Virus record (IMG/VR): IMGVR_UViG_3300032237_000091
Span: 1-36,688 of that record
From: a virus
Lineage: Duplodnaviria > Caudoviricetes
DNA: 36,688 bases
Direction: 5' to 3' (one strand)
Within the stretch, counting starts at the first letter, position 1, and every line of letters begins with the position of its first letter. The notes below the pieces were generated by a model. The model was given only the letters and a program-made list of their open reading frames with translations, searched no databases and had not been told where the DNA came from. This document shows positions 6,624 to 15,371 of this stretch, in pieces. Made by a program: the position numbers and the translations under genes.

Positions 6624-8449
6624 ACATAATCACATTAGATTTTGAAACGTATTACTCACAGGACTTTAGTCTTACTAAGATGACTACTGAAGAGTATGTT
6701 CGCAGTGATGATTTTCAAGTAATAGGCGTTGCTATTAAGGAGAATGATGGTGAAACTAAATGGTTTGATGGACAAAATAATAAATTGGGTGATGTGCTTG
6801 CTAGGTATAACTTTGCTGATTCTTTTGTCCTCGCTCACAATGCTATGTTTGACAGCGCTATATTATCTTGGCACTATGATATTAAACCCTTCGCATGGCT
6901 CGATACCTTGTCTATGGCAAGGGCAACTGATGGGTTAGAAGTTGGTAATAGTTTGGCTAAGTTGGCTGAACGCTATGGCCTAGGCGTAAAGGGTTCTGAA
7001 GTAATAGACGCTAAAGGTAAACGAATTGCTGACTTTACCGAAACGGAATTAAAACAGTATGGCGAATATTGTAAAAATGATGTTGAGATGACCTATAAAC
7101 TTTTTGACATTCTTGTTGACCGTTTTAGTAAATCTGAATTGCAATTAATCAGTTTAACTATCAAAATGTTTTCCGAGCCAGTTCTTCTCCTTGATAGCCT
7201 TTTGCTTGAACAACATCTTATGGAAGTTAAAGAACGCAAAGAAAAATTACTTGATGCTTGCATATCAGACAAAGATACATTGATGAGCAACCCAAAGTTT
7301 GCCGAATTGTTAATTAGTCTAGGCGTTGAGCCACCAATGAAAGAAAGCCCTGCCAATGGAAGACAAACATTTGCCTTTGCTAAAAACGATGAAGGTTTCA
7401 AAGCCCTCGCCGAACATCCCGACGAAAGAGTTCAAGCTCTTGTCTCGGCACGAATGGGAACTAAGTCAACGCTTGAAGAAACAAGAACTCAACGATTCAT
7501 TGATATCTCATTTCGAGGCAAAATGCCTGTCCCCTTGCGATATTACGCCGCACACACAGGAAGATGGGGAGGTGATGACAAACTTAATCTCCAAAATCTC
7601 CCAAGGAAATCACTCCTTAAATCGAGCATTATTGGACCTAATAAATTCATCCTTGTTGACGCCGACTCGTCCCAAATCGAAGCGAGGACGGTAGCGTGGC
7701 TTGCTGGTCAGAACGATCTCGTTTTAGCCTTTGAAAGGAAAGAAGATGTCTATAAGATTATGGCTAGCAGTATTTACAACAAAGCGGTCGAAGACATCAC
7801 GGACTCGGAAAGGTTCGTGGGCAAGACGACAATCCTCGGCGCAGGCTACGGCATGGGTGCAACAAAGTTTGCTATACAACTCAAAACTTTTGGCGTGGAA
7901 ATCGAGGAGCAGGAAGCGAAGAGAATTATCGACGTATACCGTGCAACCTATCCAAGAATCCCCGAACTGTGGAAGGAAGCAAATCGTTCCCTTGACGCTA
8001 TGGCACAAAAGAAAACTTGTGAAGTTGGGTGTCAACCCGAAGCACTTAGCCTTACGGCATCAGGTTTTCTACTCCCGAGCGGACTTTACCTCAATTACAA
8101 CGACCTTAGACGAGACGATGACGCATATAGTTATGGAAGTAGACGAGGGCGTGTGAAGATTTATGGCGGGAAGGTAGTGGAAAACTTATGTCAGGCTGTA
8201 GCACGATGCATTATTGGTGAGCAGATGTTGCGTATAGCCAAGCGTTACAAGGTAGCACTAACGGTTCACGATGCGGTCATGGCAGTTGTACCCGAAGAAG
8301 AACGTGATGAAGCTATTAAGTATATACATGATTGTATGAGTTGGCGTCCAAGCTGGGCTAAAACATTACCTCTTGCTTGTGAAATAGGTGCGGGTAAAAG
8401 CTATGCTGATTGCGGTAAGAAAATGTCAATAGAAAAATGGGGGTTGTGA
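6620..8449 (+). CDS. polA: family A DNA polymerase with 3'-5' exonuclease
   Basis: ExoI DFETY, ExoII HNAMFD, TGRW, NLQNLP, motif A DSSQIEAR, motif B RFVGKTTILGAGYG, motif C VHDA. Confidence 0.95.
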   Translation: MNIITLDFETYYSQDFSLTKMTTEEYVRSDDFQVIGVAIKENDGETKWFDGQNNKLGDVLARYNFADSFVLAHNAMFDSAILSWHYDIKPFAWLDTLSMARATDGLEVGNSLAKLAERYGLGVKGSEVIDAKGKRIADFTETELKQYGEYCKNDVEMTYKLFDILVDRFSKSELQLISLTIKMFSEPVLLLDSLLLEQHLMEVKERKEKLLDACISDKDTLMSNPKFAELLISLGVEPPMKESPANGRQTFAFAKNDEGFKALAEHPDERVQALVSARMGTKSTLEETRTQRFIDISFRGKMPVPLRYYAAHTGRWGGDDKLNLQNLPRKSLLKSSIIGPNKFILVDADSSQIEARTVAWLAGQNDLVLAFERKEDVYKIMASSIYNKAVEDITDSERFVGKTTILGAGYGMGATKFAIQLKTFGVEIEEQEAKRIIDVYRATYPRIPELWKEANRSLDAMAQKKTCEVGCQPEALSLTASGFLLPSGLYLNYNDLRRDDDAYSYGSRRGRVKIYGGKVVENLCQAVARCIIGEQMLRIAKRYKVALTVHDAVMAVVPEEERDEAIKYIHDCMSWRPSWAKTLPLACEIGAGKSYADCGKKMSIEKWGL

Positions 8450-8709
8450 TGGGTAAAAGAAGAAACATTAAAGGTTGGGATGTAATGTGTAACGTAGAAG
8501 CAATTGTTTTTGATGTAAAAAATTACATGGGTATATTACATGTAAATGAATTTAATAGCCCTGACATGGCTAAAACTATTTATTGTTTTCAATCAGTAGA
8601 CCCTAGTATAAAACGTATAGATGTATACACAAATAATGAACCTGACGTTATGTATTTAAAACAAACTGATGATGATACATGGCGAGCAATTAATTTAATA
8701 AACGAATAA
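8449..8709 (+). CDS. hypothetical protein
   Basis: Start moved to ATG 8449 (TGATG overlap with the polA stop, GGGGG SD). Confidence 0.7.
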   Translation: MGKRRNIKGWDVMCNVEAIVFDVKNYMGILHVNEFNSPDMAKTIYCFQSVDPSIKRIDVYTNNEPDVMYLKQTDDDTWRAINLINE

Positions 8710-8723
8710 GAATGGGGGTTGTG

Positions 8724-9851
8724 ATGACTGAACTATTAGAAAGATTAAGTAGTGGGTTGTTAAAAATACTAGACATGTTTAAAAAACCTGAGTTAATTAA
8801 ACCTGTTGATGAAGGCGTTGAGATTAAAGTCGTTGACCCAAGTGATAAAAAGCTTGATGAAAAAGAAGACTTCCCTGAAACGCTAAGTGAGTTACTTGAT
8901 CACTTAGATTTTACATTTGATGCATATAGTATGCGTTCTTTTAGTACAAGCTGGCTAGATGCTGATAGCCGTAATGGTTTAAAAAAGTTAGGCGCACATG
9001 TACCAAATCCGTGGCAACATGTATGGTATGAGGACACTAGCAAATTAAAAGTTGATGTATCTAAGGGCATGCCGTCCATTATATTTATAGCCACACCACA
9101 CACAAAAACAGAAGGTAGAGTTGCACCAGCATATTTTTTTGCTATTAAGCATAGTAAGTTACCGTGGCATATAGAACAAAAGGAAGGTACTCCATATCAA
9201 TTCGGTATGGCTTTTGCCGACAACAAATTATTTTGGCATTGTTCTTGGGTTGTAGTTAGAAAAGATGGTGCATTTGATTTTTGTAAAGAACACGTACACA
9301 AAACTATACCTATTGTTTATAAGGGTAAATACAAAGGTAATTATATGAAGCCTGTATTTAAAGAAACCACAATGATTGAAGATTATAGTGAAGATAAAAA
9401 GAATGGCGAAGCAATTATGAAGAACTCGTTTAAATCTGCTTTTGATTGGTGGGTTAACCGCAACGACCGTTGGAATGTAGCAGTTAAGAAAGGTAATGAC
9501 AGGGTTACGTTTTGCGTTGACAAAACACTAACTAAAAAATATTTTGCCGATAGAGATAAAACTGCAGTAACACCGACAGGGCAAAAGAAAAAGATTATAC
9601 ATTATGTAAAAATGCATGAACGAAAAGTCAAAGATAAGATTAGTACAGTTAGAGAACACATACGAGGCATGAATAAGTTTGAGTGGAAAGGGTATAAATG
9701 CACTGTGTCTGCTCCTGAGTTTGGTATGCAAATCACTAGTACTTTTACTGCTGAAGCACATATTTTAGAAAAGAAAACAAAAGAGTTTGTATCCATGAGT
9801 AGAGTTGGCAGTATGTTAGCCGCAAACGAAGAAAGCAGAGCGCAAAGATGA
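8724..9851 (+). CDS. hypothetical protein with paired VxxHxR motifs
   Basis: Long ORF; start probably ATG 8724; VKMHER and VREHIRG near the C-terminus. Confidence 0.8.
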   Translation: MTELLERLSSGLLKILDMFKKPELIKPVDEGVEIKVVDPSDKKLDEKEDFPETLSELLDHLDFTFDAYSMRSFSTSWLDADSRNGLKKLGAHVPNPWQHVWYEDTSKLKVDVSKGMPSIIFIATPHTKTEGRVAPAYFFAIKHSKLPWHIEQKEGTPYQFGMAFADNKLFWHCSWVVVRKDGAFDFCKEHVHKTIPIVYKGKYKGNYMKPVFKETTMIEDYSEDKKNGEAIMKNSFKSAFDWWVNRNDRWNVAVKKGNDRVTFCVDKTLTKKYFADRDKTAVTPTGQKKKIIHYVKMHERKVKDKISTVREHIRGMNKFEWKGYKCTVSAPEFGMQITSTFTAEAHILEKKTKEFVSMSRVGSMLAANEESRAQR

Positions 9852-10513
9852 AGTGGTCATATTCCTCAATTAGTTTGTTTCAACAGTGCCCACGCAAGTA
9901 TTACCATCTGCGTGTAGTTAAAGATATTGTTGAGCCTGAGTCAGAAGCTATGCTATACGGCACACTCGTGCATAAGGCTGCGGAAGACTATATTAATAGT
10001 GACATCCAGATCCCTGAGAAGTTCTCATACATTACGCCAGCATTGGATATGTTAAAGAAGATCCCGGGTGAAAAGCTATGCGAATACAAAATGGGTTTGA
10101 CGCAAGATTTAAAACCATGCGATTTCTTTGGCGAGGATGTTTGGTTCAGGGGTGTGGCTGACTTGCTTGTCATTCAAGACGATATTGCACATATTGTTGA
10201 CTATAAAACAGGTAAGAGTTCACAGTATGCCGATGTTAAGCAACTAGAACTTATGGCATTGGCGGTGTTTAAACACTTCCCTCAGATAACAAAAGTTAAA
10301 GCTGGACTTGCTTTCTTGGTTGCTGAAGATTTAGTAACTGCTTCATACAAAAAAGAAGCGGAAGCCGAGTCATGGGTTAAGTGGATGCAAGAAACGGATA
10401 GGTTGCAAGCGTCATACGATAACGACGTGTGGAACGCTAAGCCTAACTTTACTTGCAAAAAGTTTTGTGCAGTAAAAACATGTGAACATAATGGAAAAGG
10501 ACAGTGGCGATGA
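9848..10513 (+). CDS. Cas4/RecB-like PD-(D/E)XK exonuclease
   Basis: WSYS...CPRKY, GTLVH, GVAD...IVDYKTGK, QL, C-terminal CxxxCxxxxC. Confidence 0.9.
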   Translation: MKWSYSSISLFQQCPRKYYHLRVVKDIVEPESEAMLYGTLVHKAAEDYINSDIQIPEKFSYITPALDMLKKIPGEKLCEYKMGLTQDLKPCDFFGEDVWFRGVADLLVIQDDIAHIVDYKTGKSSQYADVKQLELMALAVFKHFPQITKVKAGLAFLVAEDLVTASYKKEAEAESWVKWMQETDRLQASYDNDVWNAKPNFTCKKFCAVKTCEHNGKGQWR

Positions 10514-10692
10514 TAGGTGATGATGATTTACGAGATTTGTTTGCCATGTTTAAGTCAGTAACAGGTGTTAATGCAGAAGAATGTTATAAGTTTGCAGATG
10601 CAATGATGGAAGCACGGATTAAAGAGGAAAGTTATGCCGAAAAAGGGATTACCGCAATTAAAAAAAGAACCGCAACAAGAAAGATGGATTAG
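10510..10692 (+). CDS. small hypothetical protein
   Basis: ATGA overlap at 10510; LRDLFA...YKFADAMMEAR pattern is common in small phage proteins. Confidence 0.7.
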   Translation: MIGDDDLRDLFAMFKSVTGVNAEECYKFADAMMEARIKEESYAEKGITAIKKRTATRKMD

Positions 10693-10828
10693 TGACGGTA
10701 TGACTCAAGATGAAGTTGCAGAAGCTTTGGGTATGAAGAGACACCAAGTGGATAAACTTGAGAAATTAGCGTTGCGTAAGTTGAAATACATTGTTTTGCG
10801 GAAAAACAAAAAAGAAGATTTTTTATAA
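10634..10828 (+). CDS. sigma-region-4-like HTH protein
   Basis: MTQDEVAEALGMKRHQVDKLEKLALRKLK. Confidence 0.75.
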   Translation: MPKKGLPQLKKEPQQERWISDGMTQDEVAEALGMKRHQVDKLEKLALRKLKYIVLRKNKKEDFL

Positions 10829-10837
10829 GGGGTGTAT

Positions 10838-10999
10838 ATGTACAAGATATACAACGAATACGATGAGTTGATACGAGTAGTTAAGCACAAAGAAGAAGCC
10901 GATCACTTTGTCAATGACTACGGTTGGACTAAGAAGTTTTTTAAGCAAGAAAACAAGACGAAAGAAGTATTACAAAACATGGAGGAAGCAATGCTATGA
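10838..10999 (+). CDS. small hypothetical protein (53 aa, MYKIYNEYDELIRVV...)
   Basis: Hand-translated; AAGGGG SD; ATGA overlap with the next gene. Confidence 0.7.
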   Translation: MYKIYNEYDELIRVVKHKEEADHFVNDYGWTKKFFKQENKTKEVLQNMEEAML

Positions 11000-11187
11000 G
11001 TGATACGTTATATAAAGTTGCAGGGTTTATTTCTATTATTGTTTGCTTGTACCTCATCTTTATGACGGAACTTGCTCGTAGAGAAACGCAGACCCATTGG
11101 GGTACAAAGAACTGTGAACTGTCGGAGATTAGCCCTGACTTTACACCACAAGAGAAAGCTGATTGTAGAATAGCGAGGAAGAAATGA
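10996..11187 (+). CDS. small membrane-anchored hypothetical protein
   Basis: N-terminal hydrophobic helix; C..SEISPDF.....C motif. Confidence 0.75.
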   Translation: MSDTLYKVAGFISIIVCLYLIFMTELARRETQTHWGTKNCELSEISPDFTPQEKADCRIARKK

Positions 11188-11327
11188 ATGACTTTGAAAA
11201 ATGGGTGTTGATGTTAGATGATGAGTTTAAACACATTCACAAAAACGAGTTGCTAGATATTTTTTTAGAGTTTATGTTGCACTGGATAGGCATTGTTGGT
11301 TGGCAAGAGAAAGCGAGTGAGAAATGA
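11184..11327 (+). CDS. small hypothetical protein (47 aa, ends KASEK)
   Basis: Hand-translated; ATGA overlaps at both ends. Confidence 0.65.
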   Translation: MNDFEKWVLMLDDEFKHIHKNELLDIFLEFMLHWIGIVGWQEKASEK

Positions 11328-11605
11328 ATGTAAATGATTTAGCAGATAGATTAGAGCAGTTTTATATAGGCACTCATATTGACAAAGCGGCTGAAACATT
11401 ACGTCAACAAGCCCAAGAAATAGAAGCGTTAAAAAAAGCAATTGTAGAATATGCTGACTGTGTAGGCTCTATAGAAGGAAAGGATTTTATTGGCGACTTA
11501 AAATATATGGGCACATCAAAAGAATCAATTGCGTTGTTGTATAAACTTAATGGTTATGACGAGAATGGGTATTGGATACACACAAGAAAGGAGAATGGGG
11601 AATGA
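11324..11605 (+). CDS. hypothetical protein
   Basis: Coupled ORF; MNxNDLAD...AAETLRQQAQEIEALK coiled-coil start. Confidence 0.75.
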   Translation: MNVNDLADRLEQFYIGTHIDKAAETLRQQAQEIEALKKAIVEYADCVGSIEGKDFIGDLKYMGTSKESIALLYKLNGYDENGYWIHTRKENGE

Positions 11606-11946
11606 TACCAACGTGGCAAGAACGATGCGAAAAGTTTGAAGATGGTGAAATTGTTACTAACGCAAAAATTCAACAGGCAATGCAAGAAGAGATTGATGAG
11701 TTGCGTAAAGAACTAGCACTACAAAAGTTATCTGATATTAGTCAAGCGATTGAAGATCGAGACTCTGCTCTATACGCTACTGGGTATTGGAAAGGTATTG
11801 AATATAAAAGAATGCGTGAACTAACTGATGAGGAAATAATGGAAATATACGATAGAGTAGAGTTGTACAACATTGATGAAGGGCAAATGTATTTAAAGCC
11901 AATTGAGTTTGCTAAAGAGTTATTAAAGAAAGCGAGTGAGAAATGA
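11602..11946 (+). CDS. hypothetical protein (LTDEEI motif, ends KASEK)
   Basis: Start moved to the ATGA overlap at 11602. Confidence 0.75.
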   Translation: MIPTWQERCEKFEDGEIVTNAKIQQAMQEEIDELRKELALQKLSDISQAIEDRDSALYATGYWKGIEYKRMRELTDEEIMEIYDRVELYNIDEGQMYLKPIEFAKELLKKASEK

Positions 11947-12014
11947 CCGAGTTTGAAGACAAAGTGCTTGAACTTTTAAAAGAAATATTAGCTTTGTTAA
12001 AGGCGGGTAAATGA
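11943..12014 (+). CDS. very small hypothetical peptide (23 aa)
   Basis: MTEFEDKVLELLKEILALLKAGK; ATGA overlaps at both ends. Confidence 0.5.
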   Translation: MTEFEDKVLELLKEILALLKAGK

Positions 12015-12202
12015 CTAGCGAAGAAGTTGTGCAAATACTCAAGGAAATTACCGATTGTTACGGTAAAGAATCTATGCCAAAATACATAGTGTTAAACGAT
12101 GGAACAGTGTATTTTTACATGAAAGATGAGGATAAGTATGCCCTATGTAACCAAACCCCGCCCGTACAAGAAAGAATATCAGCAACAGAAGGAGCGAAAT
12201 GA
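12011..12202 (+). CDS. small hypothetical protein
   Basis: Coupled ORF whose 3' end overlaps the HNH gene. Confidence 0.55.
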   Translation: MTSEEVVQILKEITDCYGKESMPKYIVLNDGTVYFYMKDEDKYALCNQTPPVQERISATEGAK

Positions 12203-12419
12203 ACAGCCCTCAAGGAACGCTCGTGCCCGAGCAAGATACGAAATGGATGCCAAAGGAGTCGATCGAACAGGTAAAGACATCGACCACACCATCCCCCTTA
12301 GCAAAGGTGGGACTAACGCCAAGTCAAACCTCAAACTTAAATCTCCAAGCGCAAACCGTTCCTTTTCCCGAAACTCAGACCACACAGTCAAAAAGAACAA
12401 ACCAAAGAATGCTAGATGA
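12138..12419 (+). CDS. small HNH endonuclease
   Basis: DIDHTIPLSKGGTNAKSNL...NR motif; start ATG 12138 after GAGGA. Confidence 0.85.
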   Translation: MPYVTKPRPYKKEYQQQKERNEQPSRNARARARYEMDAKGVDRTGKDIDHTIPLSKGGTNAKSNLKLKSPSANRSFSRNSDHTVKKNKPKNAR

Positions 12420-13785
12420 TTATTCATGGCCTGGTGTTTATCCTCCTATGGTACACCAGAAAGACACGGCAGATTTTTTAGTCCGCAATAAACGTTCATT
12501 TTGTTTTAATGAGCAAGGTACAGGTAAAACTGCGTCAGCTATATGGGCGGCAGATTACTTATTAGAAAACAAAGCAATTAAGCGTGTTCTAATTGTATGC
12601 CCTTTATCTATCATGCAGTCAGCATGGCAAGCCGACTTGTTTAAGTTTGCAGTACACCGCAAAGTTGGTGTGGCGTATGGCGACAGAAATAAACGCAAAG
12701 CAATTATTAATAGTGATGCTGAGTTTGTCATTATTAATTATGACGGTGTTGAGATTGTTGCAGATGATATATCTAGAGGTAAGTTTGATTTAATAATTAT
12801 TGACGAAGCTAACGCATACAAAACAGTAACCACTAATCGTTGGAAGATTATGAATAAGTTAGTTACTCCGACTACAGGGTTATGGCTTATGACAGGGACG
12901 CCAGCCGCTCAATCTCCTACCGATGCCTACGGCTTAGCCAAACTATGCGTGCCCAATAGAGTGCCTAGATTCTTTGGTGCTTTTAGGGATAAGACAATGA
13001 CTAATATAAGTCAATTTAGATGGATACCTAAACCAAACGCTAACGAAGTTGTGTTTGATGCATTACAACCAGCTATTCGATATATTAAAAAAGATTGTTT
13101 AGATTTACCAGAGGTTACTCACGTATACCGTGATGCTCCACTTACTGCACAACAAGAAAAATACTACAAGCTTCTAAAGAAAGAAATGCTTATGGTAGCT
13201 GGCGGTGAAGAAATTAGTGCAGTTAACGCAGCGGTTAACCTTAATAAACTTTTGCAGATTAGTGGTGGCGCAGTTTATAGCGACAACGGCAGTGTGGTGG
13301 AGTTTGATGTATCTAACCGATTAAAAGTTATTGAAGAAGTAATTAATGAGTCGAGCAATAAAGTCCTTGTGTTCGTACCGTTTACGCATACAATAGAATT
13401 GCTTAGATCACATTTGAAAAAGGCGGGTATTAGTTGTGAAGTTATCAATGGTAGCGTAACGGTTAATAAACGCACTGAAATATTTAAAAGGTTTCAAGAA
13501 GCTAATGATATTAAAGTGCTTATCATACAGCCTCAAGCAGCGTCACACGGCGTCACATTAACTGCTGCGGATACAATCATATGGTACGCACCAGTTACCT
13601 CTATAGAAACTTATCTACAAGCTAATGCACGCATAGATAGACAAGGTCAGAAAAACAAAATGACTGTTGTGCATATTAAGGGTAGTCCCGTAGAGACAAG
13701 GATGTATGGTATGTTGCAAAATAAACTAGATGTGCATACAAAAATAATTGATTTATACAAAAAAGAAGTTGAAGAAAACACTTGA
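12409..13785 (+). CDS. SNF2-family (SF2) helicase
   Basis: QGTGKT, DEAN, MTGTP, HGVTLT, QANARIDRQGQ; start moved to ATG 12409. Confidence 0.92.
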   Translation: MLDDYSWPGVYPPMVHQKDTADFLVRNKRSFCFNEQGTGKTASAIWAADYLLENKAIKRVLIVCPLSIMQSAWQADLFKFAVHRKVGVAYGDRNKRKAIINSDAEFVIINYDGVEIVADDISRGKFDLIIIDEANAYKTVTTNRWKIMNKLVTPTTGLWLMTGTPAAQSPTDAYGLAKLCVPNRVPRFFGAFRDKTMTNISQFRWIPKPNANEVVFDALQPAIRYIKKDCLDLPEVTHVYRDAPLTAQQEKYYKLLKKEMLMVAGGEEISAVNAAVNLNKLLQISGGAVYSDNGSVVEFDVSNRLKVIEEVINESSNKVLVFVPFTHTIELLRSHLKKAGISCEVINGSVTVNKRTEIFKRFQEANDIKVLIIQPQAASHGVTLTAADTIIWYAPVTSIETYLQANARIDRQGQKNKMTVVHIKGSPVETRMYGMLQNKLDVHTKIIDLYKKEVEENT

Positions 13786-13809
13786 CAGTGTAAATAGTTG
13801 TGGTAAAGT
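13782..13809 (+). promoter_or_regulatory. sigma70-type promoter
   Basis: TTGACA-N16-TAAAGT with extended -10 TG. Confidence 0.55.
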
Positions 13810-13853
13810 AATTATTAACGAACAAAGATTCGTTTTTATTTGAAAGGAAAAGT

Positions 13854-14258
13854 ATGGAACCAAATGACGGCATCAACGTCGAGAAACTCGTCTCCGTCTT
13901 TATTAAGATTAGGGATGCACGAGAAGAAGCTAAGCGTGAATGGGAAGAGATTGATAGCGATTTTGCTACCAAGCTGGATCTTATTAACCAAGAGCTTTTA
14001 GACATATGTAAAGATACAGGAGCCGATAGCATTAAGACTAAATTCGGCACTGCTATTCGCACAATCAAATCCAAATATTGGACTAACGATTGGGAAAAGT
14101 TTCATGGTTGGTTGCTTGATAACAAGATACCTGAAGTTTTAGAAAAGCGTATCCATCAAACAAACATGAAACAATTTCTAGAAGAAAATCCGGACTTGTT
14201 GCCCCCCGGACTAAACGTGGACAACGCATATCACATAACTGTAAGGAGAAGTAAATGA
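13854..14258 (+). CDS. conserved phage replication-module protein (134 aa)
   Basis: Coiled-coil N-terminus; SIKTKFGT, DW..F and PPGL motifs. Confidence 0.8.
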   Translation: MEPNDGINVEKLVSVFIKIRDAREEAKREWEEIDSDFATKLDLINQELLDICKDTGADSIKTKFGTAIRTIKSKYWTNDWEKFHGWLLDNKIPEVLEKRIHQTNMKQFLEENPDLLPPGLNVDNAYHITVRRSK

Positions 14259-15106
14259 GTGAATTAGCTCTGTTTAACCAAAATCTGCCCGAGTATTTAA
14301 AAGATGTAAAGCTTGATGATGTAACTAAAGCCCTCACGGGTAATGGTGGAAGCAAGCGCATTTCTTTGCGTGGCAGTAAATTTCGTATGGTAGTTAACGG
14401 CGAAGAAATTGTTACAAGCAAAAACGAAGCAATGAATGTTGTTATTGTTAATGCGGCTAAAAATATTTCACGTCAGTTCTACGCTAAATCATATAACCCA
14501 AATGAAGAGGCTACTGCACCTGATTGTTGGTCTAATGATGGCGTAACACCTGATGCCTCTATTAAAGAAGCACAGCATCATAACTGTACCGATTGCCCAC
14601 AAAACATTAAAGGGTCTGGTCAAGGCGATAGTCGTGCTTGTCGTCACCGTCGTAAGTTAGCAGTTGTATTAGCTGATGATGTTGGTGGAGATGTATATCA
14701 ATTAGAGTTAGCATCAAAATCTATTTTTGGTAAAGGCGAATTAAATACTATGCCATTTGAGCAGTTTGCTAAGTATGTTGGCTCACAAGGGTATAACTTA
14801 AATACGCTAGTAACCGAAATTCGTTTTGACGACAACAGTGATGTTGCTAAAGTGTATTTCCGCCCTATTAAGTTTTTAAGCAAAGAAGAATGGGAAGTTG
14901 CTAAACGTCAAGGCGACACACCTGCGGCTAAGAATGCGGTTGTTATGACTGCTGCGCAAACTGATGGTGTAGCTAAGAAAGCTATTGGAGTAACTACACC
15001 AGCTGTAGTAGAAGCTGAAGCTGAGCCAAAAAAGCGTGAAGACAAAAAAGCTGAGCCTACTCCTAAACGTGATTTAAAAGCAGCTTTAGGTGATTGGGCA
15101 AACTAA
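14255..15106 (+). CDS. putative ssDNA-binding/annealing protein with Cys cluster
   Basis: PDCWSNDG...CTDCPQN..GS...RAC; flexible charged tail ending in W; position in the replication module. Confidence 0.6.
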   Translation: MSELALFNQNLPEYLKDVKLDDVTKALTGNGGSKRISLRGSKFRMVVNGEEIVTSKNEAMNVVIVNAAKNISRQFYAKSYNPNEEATAPDCWSNDGVTPDASIKEAQHHNCTDCPQNIKGSGQGDSRACRHRRKLAVVLADDVGGDVYQLELASKSIFGKGELNTMPFEQFAKYVGSQGYNLNTLVTEIRFDDNSDVAKVYFRPIKFLSKEEWEVAKRQGDTPAAKNAVVMTAAQTDGVAKKAIGVTTPAVVEAEAEPKKREDKKAEPTPKRDLKAALGDWAN

Positions 15107-15107
15107 A

Positions 15108-15359
15108 ATGAGCTTGAGAGGTTATAGCTTTCATCTTGTTAAGGCTAACCAAGAAGCAGATACCAAGAAAAATATTGGTGTCCTTCTTGGGAGGGTCTGT
15201 ATTGATAACGACGTACCCGTGGCTAAAGTTGCAAAATATTTTAATGTATCTCGCATGACTATATACTCGTGGTTTACTGGTACGTCAATACCGCACAAGA
15301 ACAAAGCCGAAAAAATTAAAAAACTATTAGACAAACTCCTACCAAATGCGGAAGCATAA
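15108..15359 (+). CDS. Cro/XRE-like HTH protein
   Basis: VAKVAKYFNVSRMTIYSWFTG; start moved to ATG 15108. Confidence 0.8.
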   Translation: MSLRGYSFHLVKANQEADTKKNIGVLLGRVCIDNDVPVAKVAKYFNVSRMTIYSWFTGTSIPHKNKAEKIKKLLDKLLPNAEA

Positions 15360-15371
15360 TTTAAAGGAAAT

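Noticed and set aside
12199-12408. N-terminal extension of the helicase in the ORF track
   Set aside because: Overlaps the HNH gene and lacks helicase features; ATG 12409 is more plausible.
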